A stretch of 64,000 nt of DNA from Candidatus Enterousia sp. (lineage in GTDB: Bacteria > Pseudomonadota > Alphaproteobacteria > Rs-D84). Shown here one piece after another: positions 29,799-39,930 of this stretch (the first letter of the stretch is position 1; each line of letters opens with the position of its first letter). The stretch covers positions 5,919 to 69,918 of the forward strand of contig JAZTWA010000011.1 of the NCBI GenBank assembly GCA_045635585.1. Reading direction: 5' to 3'. Made by a program: the position numbers and the translations under genes. Below the pieces are notes generated by a model. That model saw only the letters and a program-made list of their open reading frames with translations, was not told the origin of the DNA and did not search any database.

Positions 29799-30731
29799 TT
29801 AACGTGTGTTGCTTTTGAATGATTGCTCAATAAATTCTATCTTTTTCATTTGTTCGCGAATAAAGGCGACTTTTGCATTATTGTTGTCTAAACCTTTTGG
29901 GGTTGTGGTGTTGATTTTAATGTCATCAGACGCTTTGATTATTCGACGTAATAGGGCGCATATAATACGGTATTTCATTATCGCACGCAGATTTGGGTTA
30001 CGAATGCTGGGCATGTTATATAATTCTTTGTTGTGTAATTTTGAATATGCTTCATAGACTTGGTTCCAGATATCTAGTTCGATTTGTATTGGACCAAAGA
30101 TATCGCGATATATGAATTGATAATCTGCTTCGGCAAAGTCAATAAAGGAAAGGATATTGCTCTTTGGGTCGTATAAAACATTCCCAGAATTTAAATCACC
30201 ATGTGACCATGCGGCACGTGTGTCGTATTCGAAATTTCCGATTTCATCACGAATGCGTCCCAAGAACATGGTTTCAGATGTTGTAAACATTTTTTCCATT
30301 TTGTTGTTTACAAAATTGTCTAGTCTTTTGAATTTTATGTCGTCTGATATTTTATGACGGACAATATCGTCAATTGGCATTAATTCATTCATGTCAACCA
30401 AAAACGCAGCAATACCATCGATGATTTCATAGCGTTGACGATTGTTCAGACTTTTAAAAAGTTCGGGTGTTAAATGTTCGCCAGGGGCACGTTCTTCCAG
30501 TAATTGATATTCATCATCTTTGATATATGTCATGCGTGGAATGTTATAACGTGGATTGCCGACATCGGCAATTGCATCAATAACAGATTTTGTGCGTCGC
30601 TGTTTTTTCAGCCATTCATTACAACCGGATTCGGTTGTATTTGGCAGTGGACGTTTCATGACAAATTTGGGGCCAAAATCTGCGATGTATGTTTCGCGAC
30701 CATGTATAAGATTATTTAACTTGTTTGACAT
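29799..30731 (-). CDS. Aminoglycoside-phosphotransferase/kinase-like protein
   Basis: HGDLNSGN Brenner motif and IDFAE. Confidence 0.75.
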   Translation of the reverse strand: MSNKLNNLIHGRETYIADFGPKFVMKRPLPNTTESGCNEWLKKQRRTKSVIDAIADVGNPRYNIPRMTYIKDDEYQLLEERAPGEHLTPELFKSLNNRQRYEIIDGIAAFLVDMNELMPIDDIVRHKISDDIKFKRLDNFVNNKMEKMFTTSETMFLGRIRDEIGNFEYDTRAAWSHGDLNSGNVLYDPKSNILSFIDFAEADYQFIYRDIFGPIQIELDIWNQVYEAYSKLHNKELYNMPSIRNPNLRAIMKYRIICALLRRIIKASDDIKINTTTPKGLDNNNAKVAFIREQMKKIEFIEQSFKSNTR

Positions 30732-30744
30732 TTTGTTAATTTCC

Positions 30745-31455
30745 CTAACGACTGTTGCTTAATTTATCAATAAATAGGTCTTGGGTTCGTGACATACATT
30801 TGTACATATATGTATAGTATGTTTTCTTGTCGCCTTGGATTGCGGAACGTAATGCGTTCATATATTCTTTGTTGTCGGTCGATACATTAAATGCAATTGG
30901 ACGATATCCACGTGTAATCAAGAACCAATTCATTAACATACGTGCGGTACGTTTATTAAAGTCTGTAAATGGTTGCAGAACAATTAATTCATAATGGGCA
31001 TCAAATGCACGTTGCAAAATTGTTTGTTTCCCTGTGTTTAAACGATATAAAATATCATCAATGCGCTGGCGTGTGATTTCTGGGGTTGGTTGGGCAGGGA
31101 CCAATGTTTGCAAGATTGAAACGCATTTTGTGCGTATTCTGCCGGGGGTTACATCTGTGTTTTGTGCCAACGAGTAATGTATGTCCATGACATCGGATAT
31201 TGTAAAGTTTGCAATGTTTTTGCGTGCAACAATCATGTCCCATGTTTCGCCAATGTTATGAATGCTTTCGCTGCTGGTTTCAAGGCGTAATAATTGGTCG
31301 CTGCACTGGTTTAAAACAAGCGTTTCTTTGATAAATGCACTTTTTATCCATGCGACATCGTCCAGATGTTTGGCACGTTTGTGTAACAATTCTGTTATCA
31401 AATTGCGTTTGTTTTCAATGCTTTTTTTTATATTGTATGCTTCTTTTTTGGTCAT
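30745..31455 (-). CDS. Fic/Doc-family protein with non-canonical motif
   Basis: QPFTDFNKRTAR versus canonical HPFxxGNGRxxR; DIH..L and PGRIR upstream. Confidence 0.8.
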   Translation of the reverse strand: MTKKEAYNIKKSIENKRNLITELLHKRAKHLDDVAWIKSAFIKETLVLNQCSDQLLRLETSSESIHNIGETWDMIVARKNIANFTISDVMDIHYSLAQNTDVTPGRIRTKCVSILQTLVPAQPTPEITRQRIDDILYRLNTGKQTILQRAFDAHYELIVLQPFTDFNKRTARMLMNWFLITRGYRPIAFNVSTDNKEYMNALRSAIQGDKKTYYTYMYKCMSRTQDLFIDKLSNSR

Positions 31456-31608
31456 CTTAACACCTGTTATTGTTGTTATAAATATAATACGTAAATAAGA
31501 TTTGTCAAGTTTTTGTGTAAAAAAAATTCCTTCTTTTTTTTATTTTAGTATTGATAATCGGGCATTTTTTGTTTATGCTGGGGCCGTAATTAATGAAAGG
31601 ATTGATAT

Positions 31609-33012
31609 ATGTTCAAGAAAGTTTTGTTGTTGTTGATGTTATTGGTTCCGATGATTGCGGATGCGGCACCAAAAAATAAGAAAAAAGAAGAACCTGTTGT
31701 TCATTTGACTGATGAACAAATTTATGAAGAATTAAAAAAGTTGGCCTTGGTCTTCGAAGTGGCACGTGAAAACTTTGTCGAAGAAGCCGATGAAAAAAAG
31801 ATGTTAGAAGCGGCGATGAATGGAATGTTGGCAGAATTGGATCCGCATTCTTCGTATTTGTCGGCAGATGACTTTAAAGAATTTAATGATAAATCACATG
31901 GTGAATTTGGTGGATTGGGTATTCAGGTTACTAGTGATAAGGGGGCAATTCGTGTAATTTCACCAATTGATGATACACCGGCGGACAAGGCGGGGATTAA
32001 AGCAGGGGACTATATCACACATATTGATGGTGAACAGGTTTTTGATTTGACATTGAATCAGGCGGTAAAAAAAATGAAAGGACGCCCAGGGACCAAGGTT
32101 AAATTGACGATTGTATCAGATGATGGTGAATCAAATACTTTGACGTTGAAACGTGATATTATTAAAGTAAAATCAATCAAGTTTTCAGATAAAATAACAG
32201 CGACCGCGGACCCTGATGACAAAGATGTGCCACGTGTCGGTTATGTCAGAATTTCTGATTTTGGTGTTACAACCGCACGCGATTTAAAAGAAGCATTGGA
32301 AAAGTTAGAAAAAAAAGATGTTGTTGGTTATGTTGTTGACGTTCGTAACAATCCGGGTGGATATTTGACTGCGGCGATTGATGTGGCAGATGCGTTTTTG
32401 GATTCTGGTGAAATTGTTTCAACGCGTGGTAAAAAAGAAACTGATATTGAACGCAGTATGGCAACCCCTGGTGATATGGTAAACGGAAAACCAGTTGTGG
32501 TATTGATAAATCATGGATCCGCATCGGCATCTGAAATTGTGGCAGGTGCGTTACAGGATAATGGTCGTGGTTTGGTTATGGGGTCGCAATCATTTGGTAA
32601 AGGCAGTGTTCAACAGCAAAAGCCATTGGGTGATGGAACCGCAATTCATATCACAATTGCGCGTTATTATACTCCGTCGGGGCGGTCGATTCAAAATGAA
32701 GGTATTACCCCAGATGTTGAAGTTCTGCAAAGCAAGGTTGAAGTCATAGAAAAGAAAGAAAGTATGTATTCAGAAGCATCTTTTAAGAATTCTTTGAAAA
32801 ATGACAAGGCTAAGAAAAAGAATAAAAAATCATTAAAAGATGAAGATAAAGATAATGATGATGATGAAACACCTTTTGAAGAATTGACAGATGAAGAAAA
32901 AGATGCGCGTGATTATCAGTTGCAACGTGCAATGGATATGGTAATCGCAATGTCTAAGATTAATAATTCTGGTAAAAAAACAGAAGAAAATAAAACGTCT
33001 GATAAAAAATAA
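31609..33012 (+). CDS. ctpA: S41 carboxyl-terminal processing protease
   Basis: LDPHS, PDZ domain, DVRNNPGG, SASASEIVAGALQD, FGKGSVQ. Confidence 0.95.
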   Translation: MFKKVLLLLMLLVPMIADAAPKNKKKEEPVVHLTDEQIYEELKKLALVFEVARENFVEEADEKKMLEAAMNGMLAELDPHSSYLSADDFKEFNDKSHGEFGGLGIQVTSDKGAIRVISPIDDTPADKAGIKAGDYITHIDGEQVFDLTLNQAVKKMKGRPGTKVKLTIVSDDGESNTLTLKRDIIKVKSIKFSDKITATADPDDKDVPRVGYVRISDFGVTTARDLKEALEKLEKKDVVGYVVDVRNNPGGYLTAAIDVADAFLDSGEIVSTRGKKETDIERSMATPGDMVNGKPVVVLINHGSASASEIVAGALQDNGRGLVMGSQSFGKGSVQQQKPLGDGTAIHITIARYYTPSGRSIQNEGITPDVEVLQSKVEVIEKKESMYSEASFKNSLKNDKAKKKNKKSLKDEDKDNDDDETPFEELTDEEKDARDYQLQRAMDMVIAMSKINNSGKKTEENKTSDKK

Positions 33013-33038
33013 AAAATGGGGCCAGGGCCCCGTTTTTT

Positions 33039-33698
33039 TTATCTGGTGCGACCTATCAAGATTCCGTTTTCGCCGATAATCCAATCGCATAATCCCATTT
33101 CAAGACATTTTGGTGCGCCTAAAAAGCCGTATTCGTTATTCATATAGCTTTTTAATTGTTTGTTGCTCATATTAGTGTGCGCAAGATATGTGCTTTGTAA
33201 TTTTTCCTTGTTTATTGCAATTCGTTTTATCTTTCTGGTGATATCTTCTTCGGATTCAATGTTGGCATATGCAGTGCCATAATGAATCAAGTGTTCACCT
33301 GTATGGGACATAATACGAAATCCTGGGGTGCCTTGGATTGCCAGCATGCTGCCACAACTGTATGCACATGATAAAACTGTTGTTCGAATAATTGCACCAC
33401 GATGTTTGGCAATATTTAATAATGCCATTATGTTACTTAATACGTGTTCTTCGCCACCACATGAATCAATAAAAACATCAATGATTGGATTTTTGATGTT
33501 GCTGATGTCGTATGGTGATTTGATAACTGTGCTGGTGTCCCATTGGGGCATTGGTTTGAATGAATGGACCGTATTGCCAAGGTGACCAATTAATTCGCCC
33601 ATGTTTCTTAGGTTAAATGTACTTAAAATGTATATGGCATTATTTTCGCACATATAAGAATTAGAATGAGATGCATTTAATGTAATATCTGTTGCCAT
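33039..33698 (-). CDS. Divergent ClpP-like protease
   Basis: IDSCGG, AYSCGS (catalytic Ser), LIH, GLCD; start placed at MATDIT. Confidence 0.75.
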   Translation of the reverse strand: MATDITLNASHSNSYMCENNAIYILSTFNLRNMGELIGHLGNTVHSFKPMPQWDTSTVIKSPYDISNIKNPIIDVFIDSCGGEEHVLSNIMALLNIAKHRGAIIRTTVLSCAYSCGSMLAIQGTPGFRIMSHTGEHLIHYGTAYANIESEEDITRKIKRIAINKEKLQSTYLAHTNMSNKQLKSYMNNEYGFLGAPKCLEMGLCDWIIGENGILIGRTR

Positions 33699-33837
33699 GT
33701 TACGGTCCTTTTTATATTTTGTTTTGTTTTTACACAAAGATAATGTTTGTCAACAAAAAACTTTTGAACTAGTTCTTGCGTTGGTCGGGTTTTGGGGGTA
33801 TGATTTATCAGATATAAAAAAGTCATAGGAAGTAAGA

Positions 33838-36800
33838 ATGTCTAAATTAATTGTTGATGGAAATTGGGCAGCGGCTGATGTCGCGTACAGATGTGTTGAT
33901 TTTGCAGCGATTTATCCAATTACACCCAGTAGTACAATGGGTGAATTGGCGGATGAATGGTCGTTTCAGCATAAAAAGAATATTTGGGGCGCAATACCGC
34001 AAATAATTGAAATGCAATCCGAAGCAGGGGCGGCTGGGGCTATGCATGGGGCCTTGCAGATGGGCAGTTTGGCAACAACATTTACTGCATCCCAGGGGTT
34101 GTTATTGATGGTGCCAAATATGTATAAGATTGCTGGTGAACAGACGCCGTTCGTTATGCATGTGGCGGCACGTGCATTGGCAACACATGCGTTATCAATC
34201 TTTGGCGATCATAGTGATGTTATGTCGGTGCGTTCGACGGGTTTTGCAATGTTGTCGTCGCATAATGTACAACAAGCACATGATATGGCCGCAATTGCAC
34301 ATGCGGCAACGATTCGTGCACGTGTGCCGTTCTTGCATTTCTTTGATGGTTTTCGTACCAGTCACGAAGAATCCAGATTGACCAGAATCGAAGATGATGT
34401 ATTGCGTACAATGATTCCTGAAAAATTGGTTTTAGAAAATCGTCAACGTGGTATGTCGCCAAATAATCCAACAATTCGTGGAACGGCCCAAAATCCTGAT
34501 GTTTATTTCCAGGGACGTGAGGCGGCAAATCCACTGTATAACGATACACCACGAATTGTTCAAGAATGTATGGATGAATTCGCCAAATTAACCGGTCGTA
34601 AATATAATTTGGTGGATTATGTTGGTGATGAAAATGCTGAAAATGTTATCGTTGCGATGGGCAGTGCGCTGGAAACAATTGAAGAAACTTTGCCACATTT
34701 ACCACGTGGGTTGGGGTTGGTAAAAATTCATCTGTATCGACCATTCCCAGTCGAAGCTTTTTTAAACGCATTACCAAAATCGGTTAAAAGAATTGCTGTG
34801 TTGGATCGTACCAAAGAACCGGGCAGTATTGGTGAACCGTTGTTCCAAGATGTTAAATCGGTTGTTGGTGATGGTATCGCGGTCTTTGGTGGCAGATATG
34901 GATTGGGATCCAAAGAATTTAAACCACGCGATGTCAAGGCGGTGTATGAAAATTTGATGCAGAATACGTTAAAGCATAACTTTACGGTTGGTATTGATGA
35001 TGATTTGATGGGATTGTCATTGAAAACGGATGCGGCATTTGCGGTTGAAGATCCTAATTTTAAAACTGCAATTTTATATGGAATTGGCAGTGATGGTACC
35101 GTTGGTGCGGTAAAAAATATCGTAAAAATTGTTGGTGAAAATTCTGATTTGTATCCACAATCATATGCGGTTTATGATTCAAAAAAATCAGGCGGTCTGA
35201 CGGCATCACACATTCGTTTTTCAGATGCGCCAATTAAAAGCCAATATTTGGTTGAAGTTGCGGACTTCATCAGTGTATCAAACTTTATGATTGCACAACG
35301 ATTTGATGTTTTTCGTGGATTGCGTTCAGGTGGTACGGTCATGATTAATACGTCATTGGAACCTGATGTGGCATTTGCAAACTTGCCACGTGATACCCAA
35401 GAACATTTGATGCGAATTCGTGCGAATGTATATTTCTTGGATGCAAATCGTGCGGCATCTGAATTGGGATTGGGAAATCGTATTAATACATTTATTATGT
35501 TGAATTTCTTTAATTTGACAAACGTTATTGATCCAAAATTGGCCGCAGATAGTGCAAAGGTTGCAATCGAAAAAACATATAAAAAGAAGGGAATGGATGT
35601 CGTTAAGGCCAATTGGGCGGCAGTGGACAAGGCGGCAGATTATTTGAAAAAATATAATATGCCATCATCCGTTTCGAATTTTGCGCCGGACTTTATTCCA
35701 TCTATGACATTGGATACGCCTTCGGTGATTGCGGGGACATTGGGTGAAATGGCGGCCCAACGTGGTGATGCGATACCTGTGTCGCGTTTCAAGATTGATG
35801 GTGATTTTGGTGCGGGGCAATATCCGGTTGGTACATCAAAATATGAAAAACGTGCCATATCAGACAAGGTTGCAACAGTTGATTTGGATAAATGTATTCA
35901 ATGTGGAAAATGTGCAATGTTGTGCCCGCATGCGGTTATTCGTATCAAAGCGTTAACCGAAGAACAGGCAGAACAGGCGCGTGCCAAGGGTATTCGTGTT
36001 GTGCCAATGAAAACACCTGAATTGGGTGCAAATATGTACTTTACGGTTAATATTTCGCCTGCGGATTGTACAGGCTGTAATATTTGTGTGAAAAATTGTC
36101 CAACGGGTGCCTTGTCAATGGTGCCGGCACGTGATGTAATGGCGGAACAGCAGGCGGCATTTAATGCGGCAGAACAGTTGCCAGATATCCCACGTGAACG
36201 CTTGAATTTGAATATTCCAAAACATGTAGAATTATTGCCACATTACTTTGAATTCCCAGGGGCATGTGCTGGATGCGGTGAAACACCGTATGTAAAGTTA
36301 TTGTCGCATTTATTTGGGGACAGAATGGTTGTGGCAAATGCAACGGGATGTTCTTCTATTTATGGGGCGAATTTGCCGACAACCCCATGGACCAAAGATA
36401 AAAATGGACGTGGTCCCGCGTGGTCAAATTCTTTGTTCGAAGATAATGCAGAATATGGATTGGGAATGCGTTTGGCATTAAACCAAAAACGTGAAAATTT
36501 AAGGTCTTTATTATTCGAAGTTGGAATTGATAATGTCGAACGTTTGTTTGATGAAACAGATGTTGAAAAACAGCGACAAATCGAATCGGATTTGCGGACA
36601 CAATTGTCCAAAATCGATGGCCCACGTGCACGTCTGGCGGAAAGTTTGTTGGGTGAAGTTGTAAATAAATCAGTATGGATTATTGGTGGCGATGGATGGG
36701 CATATGATATTGGTTATGGTGGATTAGATCATATATTACATAGTGGTGAAAATGTAAATGTTTTGGTTTTGGATACCGAAGGATATTCAAATACGGGTGG

Positions 36801-37347
36801 ACAACAGTCTAAATCCACACCGTTCGGTGCCAGTATGAAATTTGCAATCGGTGGTAAAAATCATGCCAAAAAGGATTTGGGAATGATTGCAATGATGTCG
36901 GGTGCATATGTTGCTCAAATTGCTATGGGTGCAAATCAGGCACAGGCAATACGCGCATTCCGTGAAGCAGAATCTTTTGATGGTCCATCAATAATATTGG
37001 CGTATGCACCATGTATCGCACATGGGTTCGCGTTGCAAAATGGTCCGGAACATCAAATGCAAATGGTGCAGACGGGGGCGTGGCCGTTGTTCCGATTTGA
37101 TCCGCGACTGATTGCAGATGGGCGTAATCCGTTAACAATGGATTCAAATGTTGATGCTGTGGCACCGTTGGAAGACTTTCTAAAGACAGAAAGTCGATTC
37201 GGGGCGGCACGTGCAACAAATCCACAATTTGATAAATTGGTAGATATGGCCAAGGCAAATAATATGTATAAAAGCGAATTGAAAAAGCATATTGCTCAGT
37301 TTGCGATGATGAATCAGCCAACTGTTAAAGAGAACGGAGAAGGGTAA
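33838..37347 (+). CDS. nifJ: Pyruvate:ferredoxin (flavodoxin) oxidoreductase
   Basis: YPITPSS, two CxxCxxCxxxCP clusters, GACAGCGE, GGDGWAYDIG. Confidence 0.97.
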   Translation: MSKLIVDGNWAAADVAYRCVDFAAIYPITPSSTMGELADEWSFQHKKNIWGAIPQIIEMQSEAGAAGAMHGALQMGSLATTFTASQGLLLMVPNMYKIAGEQTPFVMHVAARALATHALSIFGDHSDVMSVRSTGFAMLSSHNVQQAHDMAAIAHAATIRARVPFLHFFDGFRTSHEESRLTRIEDDVLRTMIPEKLVLENRQRGMSPNNPTIRGTAQNPDVYFQGREAANPLYNDTPRIVQECMDEFAKLTGRKYNLVDYVGDENAENVIVAMGSALETIEETLPHLPRGLGLVKIHLYRPFPVEAFLNALPKSVKRIAVLDRTKEPGSIGEPLFQDVKSVVGDGIAVFGGRYGLGSKEFKPRDVKAVYENLMQNTLKHNFTVGIDDDLMGLSLKTDAAFAVEDPNFKTAILYGIGSDGTVGAVKNIVKIVGENSDLYPQSYAVYDSKKSGGLTASHIRFSDAPIKSQYLVEVADFISVSNFMIAQRFDVFRGLRSGGTVMINTSLEPDVAFANLPRDTQEHLMRIRANVYFLDANRAASELGLGNRINTFIMLNFFNLTNVIDPKLAADSAKVAIEKTYKKKGMDVVKANWAAVDKAADYLKKYNMPSSVSNFAPDFIPSMTLDTPSVIAGTLGEMAAQRGDAIPVSRFKIDGDFGAGQYPVGTSKYEKRAISDKVATVDLDKCIQCGKCAMLCPHAVIRIKALTEEQAEQARAKGIRVVPMKTPELGANMYFTVNISPADCTGCNICVKNCPTGALSMVPARDVMAEQQAAFNAAEQLPDIPRERLNLNIPKHVELLPHYFEFPGACAGCGETPYVKLLSHLFGDRMVVANATGCSSIYGANLPTTPWTKDKNGRGPAWSNSLFEDNAEYGLGMRLALNQKRENLRSLLFEVGIDNVERLFDETDVEKQRQIESDLRTQLSKIDGPRARLAESLLGEVVNKSVWIIGGDGWAYDIGYGGLDHILHSGENVNVLVLDTEGYSNTGGQQSKSTPFGASMKFAIGGKNHAKKDLGMIAMMSGAYVAQIAMGANQAQAIRAFREAESFDGPSIILAYAPCIAHGFALQNGPEHQMQMVQTGAWPLFRFDPRLIADGRNPLTMDSNVDAVAPLEDFLKTESRFGAARATNPQFDKLVDMAKANNMYKSELKKHIAQFAMMNQPTVKENGEG

Positions 37348-37775
37348 TGAAAAGATTTTTAATACTTTTCTTGGTTGGATTGGCCGGATGTACATTTCAG
37401 ACCAAGCATCGTGGATATGTTTTTCCGGAAAATGTGGAAACGGTGGTGGCCAAGATAAAAACAACAGATGATTTGTTAAAAGAAATTGGTGCCCCACAGG
37501 TTAAAACAATTTATGGTGATGAGGTTTGGGTTTATTACGGAACAGATGAAAATTATCGTGGGCCGTTGGCTCCCACCTTTACGGATAAAACTGTCTTGTT
37601 GGCATGGGTGCGTGGGGCGCGTGTAACGGATGTGCGTGTGTTGCATGATGCGGAATTGCCTGATGTAAGAATCGCAGGCGGTGAAACAGAAATTCCGGCC
37701 GCAATTGAATTAAATGCCTTGGAAGAATTGTTTAATAATATCGGACGATTTAGTCCAGCGGGATTAGGACAATAA
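37347..37775 (+). CDS. bamE: Outer membrane assembly lipoprotein BamE
   Basis: Lipobox LAGC, HRGY, IG.P, W.YY, LFNNIGR. Confidence 0.75.
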   Translation: MKRFLILFLVGLAGCTFQTKHRGYVFPENVETVVAKIKTTDDLLKEIGAPQVKTIYGDEVWVYYGTDENYRGPLAPTFTDKTVLLAWVRGARVTDVRVLHDAELPDVRIAGGETEIPAAIELNALEELFNNIGRFSPAGLGQ

Positions 37776-37842
37776 AAAAACACCCATTACAATGGGTGTT
37801 TTTATGTTGTTAATTTGTTTCTTTTGGTGTATAATGACAAGC

Positions 37843-38382
37843 ATGAAAGGAAAGATTTTTTTAGTTTCATTGGTTTCAATGTTTGTGTGTGCCGCGGCAA
37901 ATGCTGGGTTCACATGTGGGGTTGGCTATGTCTATGTTGAAAATGCCAAAAAAGTTAACGGTGTTATGGTTGCAGAATGCCAAAAGTTGTGGTGCCGCGA
38001 TCTGGAAACCGGTAAATCAATGGGAAGTGGTGAAAGACCGGCCAGTGGTTATCAGTCCACAAATTCGCCAATGGAAGTTTGTGATGCAGAAAACAACTGT
38101 ATAGAATGTTGGGGGGCACGTCGTTGGTGTGCAGGTGAAGCCATGGGGGATTGGAATTCTGAATATGGCGCATATACACGTGGTGGCGATAATGCAACGT
38201 ATCAATCATATCAAAAGGGTGGTTGCTTTGCATGGCGTTTGGAAAAGCCAAATTGTGGTCCAGAAGAAACGGCGGTTTTGCAAGATGGCGCATGGGTTTG
38301 TGCACGTTCCAGTGGTGATTCCGATATCAGTCGTGAATCAAGTATGCGCAGAACGGGAACGTTTAGACGAATTTCAAAGTAA
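37843..38382 (+). CDS. Secreted Cys-rich hypothetical protein
   Basis: Signal peptide (ANA), ~10 Cys, Trp-rich. Confidence 0.7.
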   Translation: MKGKIFLVSLVSMFVCAAANAGFTCGVGYVYVENAKKVNGVMVAECQKLWCRDLETGKSMGSGERPASGYQSTNSPMEVCDAENNCIECWGARRWCAGEAMGDWNSEYGAYTRGGDNATYQSYQKGGCFAWRLEKPNCGPEETAVLQDGAWVCARSSGDSDISRESSMRRTGTFRRISK

Positions 38383-38495
38383 AAATTATTATTCTGGGGC
38401 AACCCAGAATTTTTTTTGACAATTATTTGTTTTTCGGCTTTTTTATGGTATAATGTTTTGGGTAGAGAGAATGGCAAGCGTAAAAAGGTATCCGT

Positions 38496-39056
38496 ATGCC
38501 AAGTAAAAAATTAGATTTTAAAACAGGACAGTATGTTGTTTATCCAACGCAGGGTGTTGGAAAGTTATTACGTATCGAAGAACAAACAATTGCCGGTCAA
38601 AAGGTTAAATTGTTGGTTATTGATTTTGAACGTAATCACATGACATTACGTGTGCCGATGGAACGTGCTGAAATTTCGGGCTTGCGTCCGTTGATAACCA
38701 CAAAAAAAATGGATGAAGCGATTGCATCTGCCAAGGGTAAGGCCGGTGCAAAACGTATGATTTGGGCGCGTCGTGCGGCACAATATGAAGAAAATATTAA
38801 TTCTGGTGATCCGATGAAGTTGGCCGAAGTTGTGCGCGATTTGCAACGTCGTAGTGCCGCTGATACGATGACTTTTTCTGCACGTCAGTTATATTTGCGC
38901 GCATTGGAACGCATGGCCCAAGAATTTGCCGTTTTGCATAAAATGGATTTGGATGATGCGTCAGATAAAATCGAAGATATTTTGGGAATCCCAAAAGAAA
39001 TTGATTTGAATGCAGCAGATGTTGATGAAGACGAAATTGATGAAGAAGATTCATAA
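38496..39056 (+). CDS. carD: CarD-family transcription regulator
   Basis: VVYPTQGVG, WARRA, INSGD..LAEVVRDL. Confidence 0.9.
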   Translation: MPSKKLDFKTGQYVVYPTQGVGKLLRIEEQTIAGQKVKLLVIDFERNHMTLRVPMERAEISGLRPLITTKKMDEAIASAKGKAGAKRMIWARRAAQYEENINSGDPMKLAEVVRDLQRRSAADTMTFSARQLYLRALERMAQEFAVLHKMDLDDASDKIEDILGIPKEIDLNAADVDEDEIDEEDS

Positions 39057-39081
39057 AAAAATCCCGCATTTGCGGGATTTT

Positions 39082-39459
39082 TTATTTTGATTCAATAATT
39101 ACCATTGCAACACAGTAATTGTTTTGATCGCTGATGGATAGATGTACGCGTGCATCAGCACCGGCCAATTCTTTTAATGCGACCTTGGCACCACCGGAAA
39201 TTAATAATTCAGGACGTCCCATATCGTTATGAATGACAGATACATCAGAAAATGCGATGTCGTCACCAAATCCGGTTCCCAATGCTTTTAGGCATGCTTC
39301 GCGTGCCGCCCAAAAGTTTGCCAGATGACGTTCTGAATTTGCGTTGTCGTTATCGGCATATTCTAATTCTTTTTTTGTGAAAATGCGTTGTTTTTTGAAT
39401 GCAGACCAGTCTAAAAAGCGGTCGCATTCAACCAAATCAATTCCTGTTCCGATTATCAC
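39082..39459 (-). CDS. acpS: Holo-ACP synthase
   Basis: GTGIDLVE, AAREACLKALGTG, GRPEL, HLSISD. Confidence 0.92.
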   Translation of the reverse strand: MIIGTGIDLVECDRFLDWSAFKKQRIFTKKELEYADNDNANSERHLANFWAAREACLKALGTGFGDDIAFSDVSVIHNDMGRPELLISGGAKVALKELAGADARVHLSISDQNNYCVAMVIIESK

Positions 39460-39585
39460 TGATTTCTCCCTTTGGTGATTTATATATCTTGATATGGCAT
39501 ACTAGTAATATTTATCCGATTCGTGCAAGTACAAAATAGAAGTTTTTCATATAAATAAAAAAATGCCCCCATTGTGGGGGCGGGT

Positions 39586-39693
39586 TTACTTATTACATGT
39601 TTTTTTGTCGCATTCTGGTTTCTTTTGGTCGCATGTATTTTGTGCCATGTTGCAATGTTTGCATTTTCCAGATTTGTTTTCAGATTTTGACAT
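39586..39693 (-). CDS. Small Cys/Lys-rich peptide (35 aa), not in the ORF track
   Basis: MSKSENKSGKCKHCNMAQNTCDQKKPECDKKTCNK; AAAGGA RBS; hairpin terminator at 39565-39581. Confidence 0.55.
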   Translation of the reverse strand: MSKSENKSGKCKHCNMAQNTCDQKKPECDKKTCNK

Positions 39694-39853
39694 GATGTTT
39701 CCTTTGTTTTAATTGTTAATTGATTGTTTGTCCGGACATATGTAATCATATATGTATTATGCGTGTGCGACAATACGCGTGTTTTCCCAAATAAAAATAT
39801 GCTAAAAAAGTATTTGTATTTTATGATGTTTAATTATAATATCTGTTGGTCGT

Positions 39854-39930
39854 CGGGGTGTAGCTCAGCCTGGTAGAGTACTTGCATGGGGTGCAAGGGG
39901 TCGCAAGTTCGAATCTTGTCACCCCGACCA
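39854..39930 (+). tRNA. tRNA-Pro(GGG), integration target
   Basis: Cloverleaf, anticodon AT-GGG-GT, CCA end; its 3' end is duplicated downstream. Confidence 0.95.

Noticed and set aside
29799-30731. Bona fide aminoglycoside resistance gene
   Set aside because: Only the generic kinase motifs are visible, with no mobile context, so the substrate cannot be assigned.
39480-39773. 97-aa minus-strand ORF
   Set aside because: It crosses a terminator and lacks an RBS; the 35-aa ORF in another frame has better signals.
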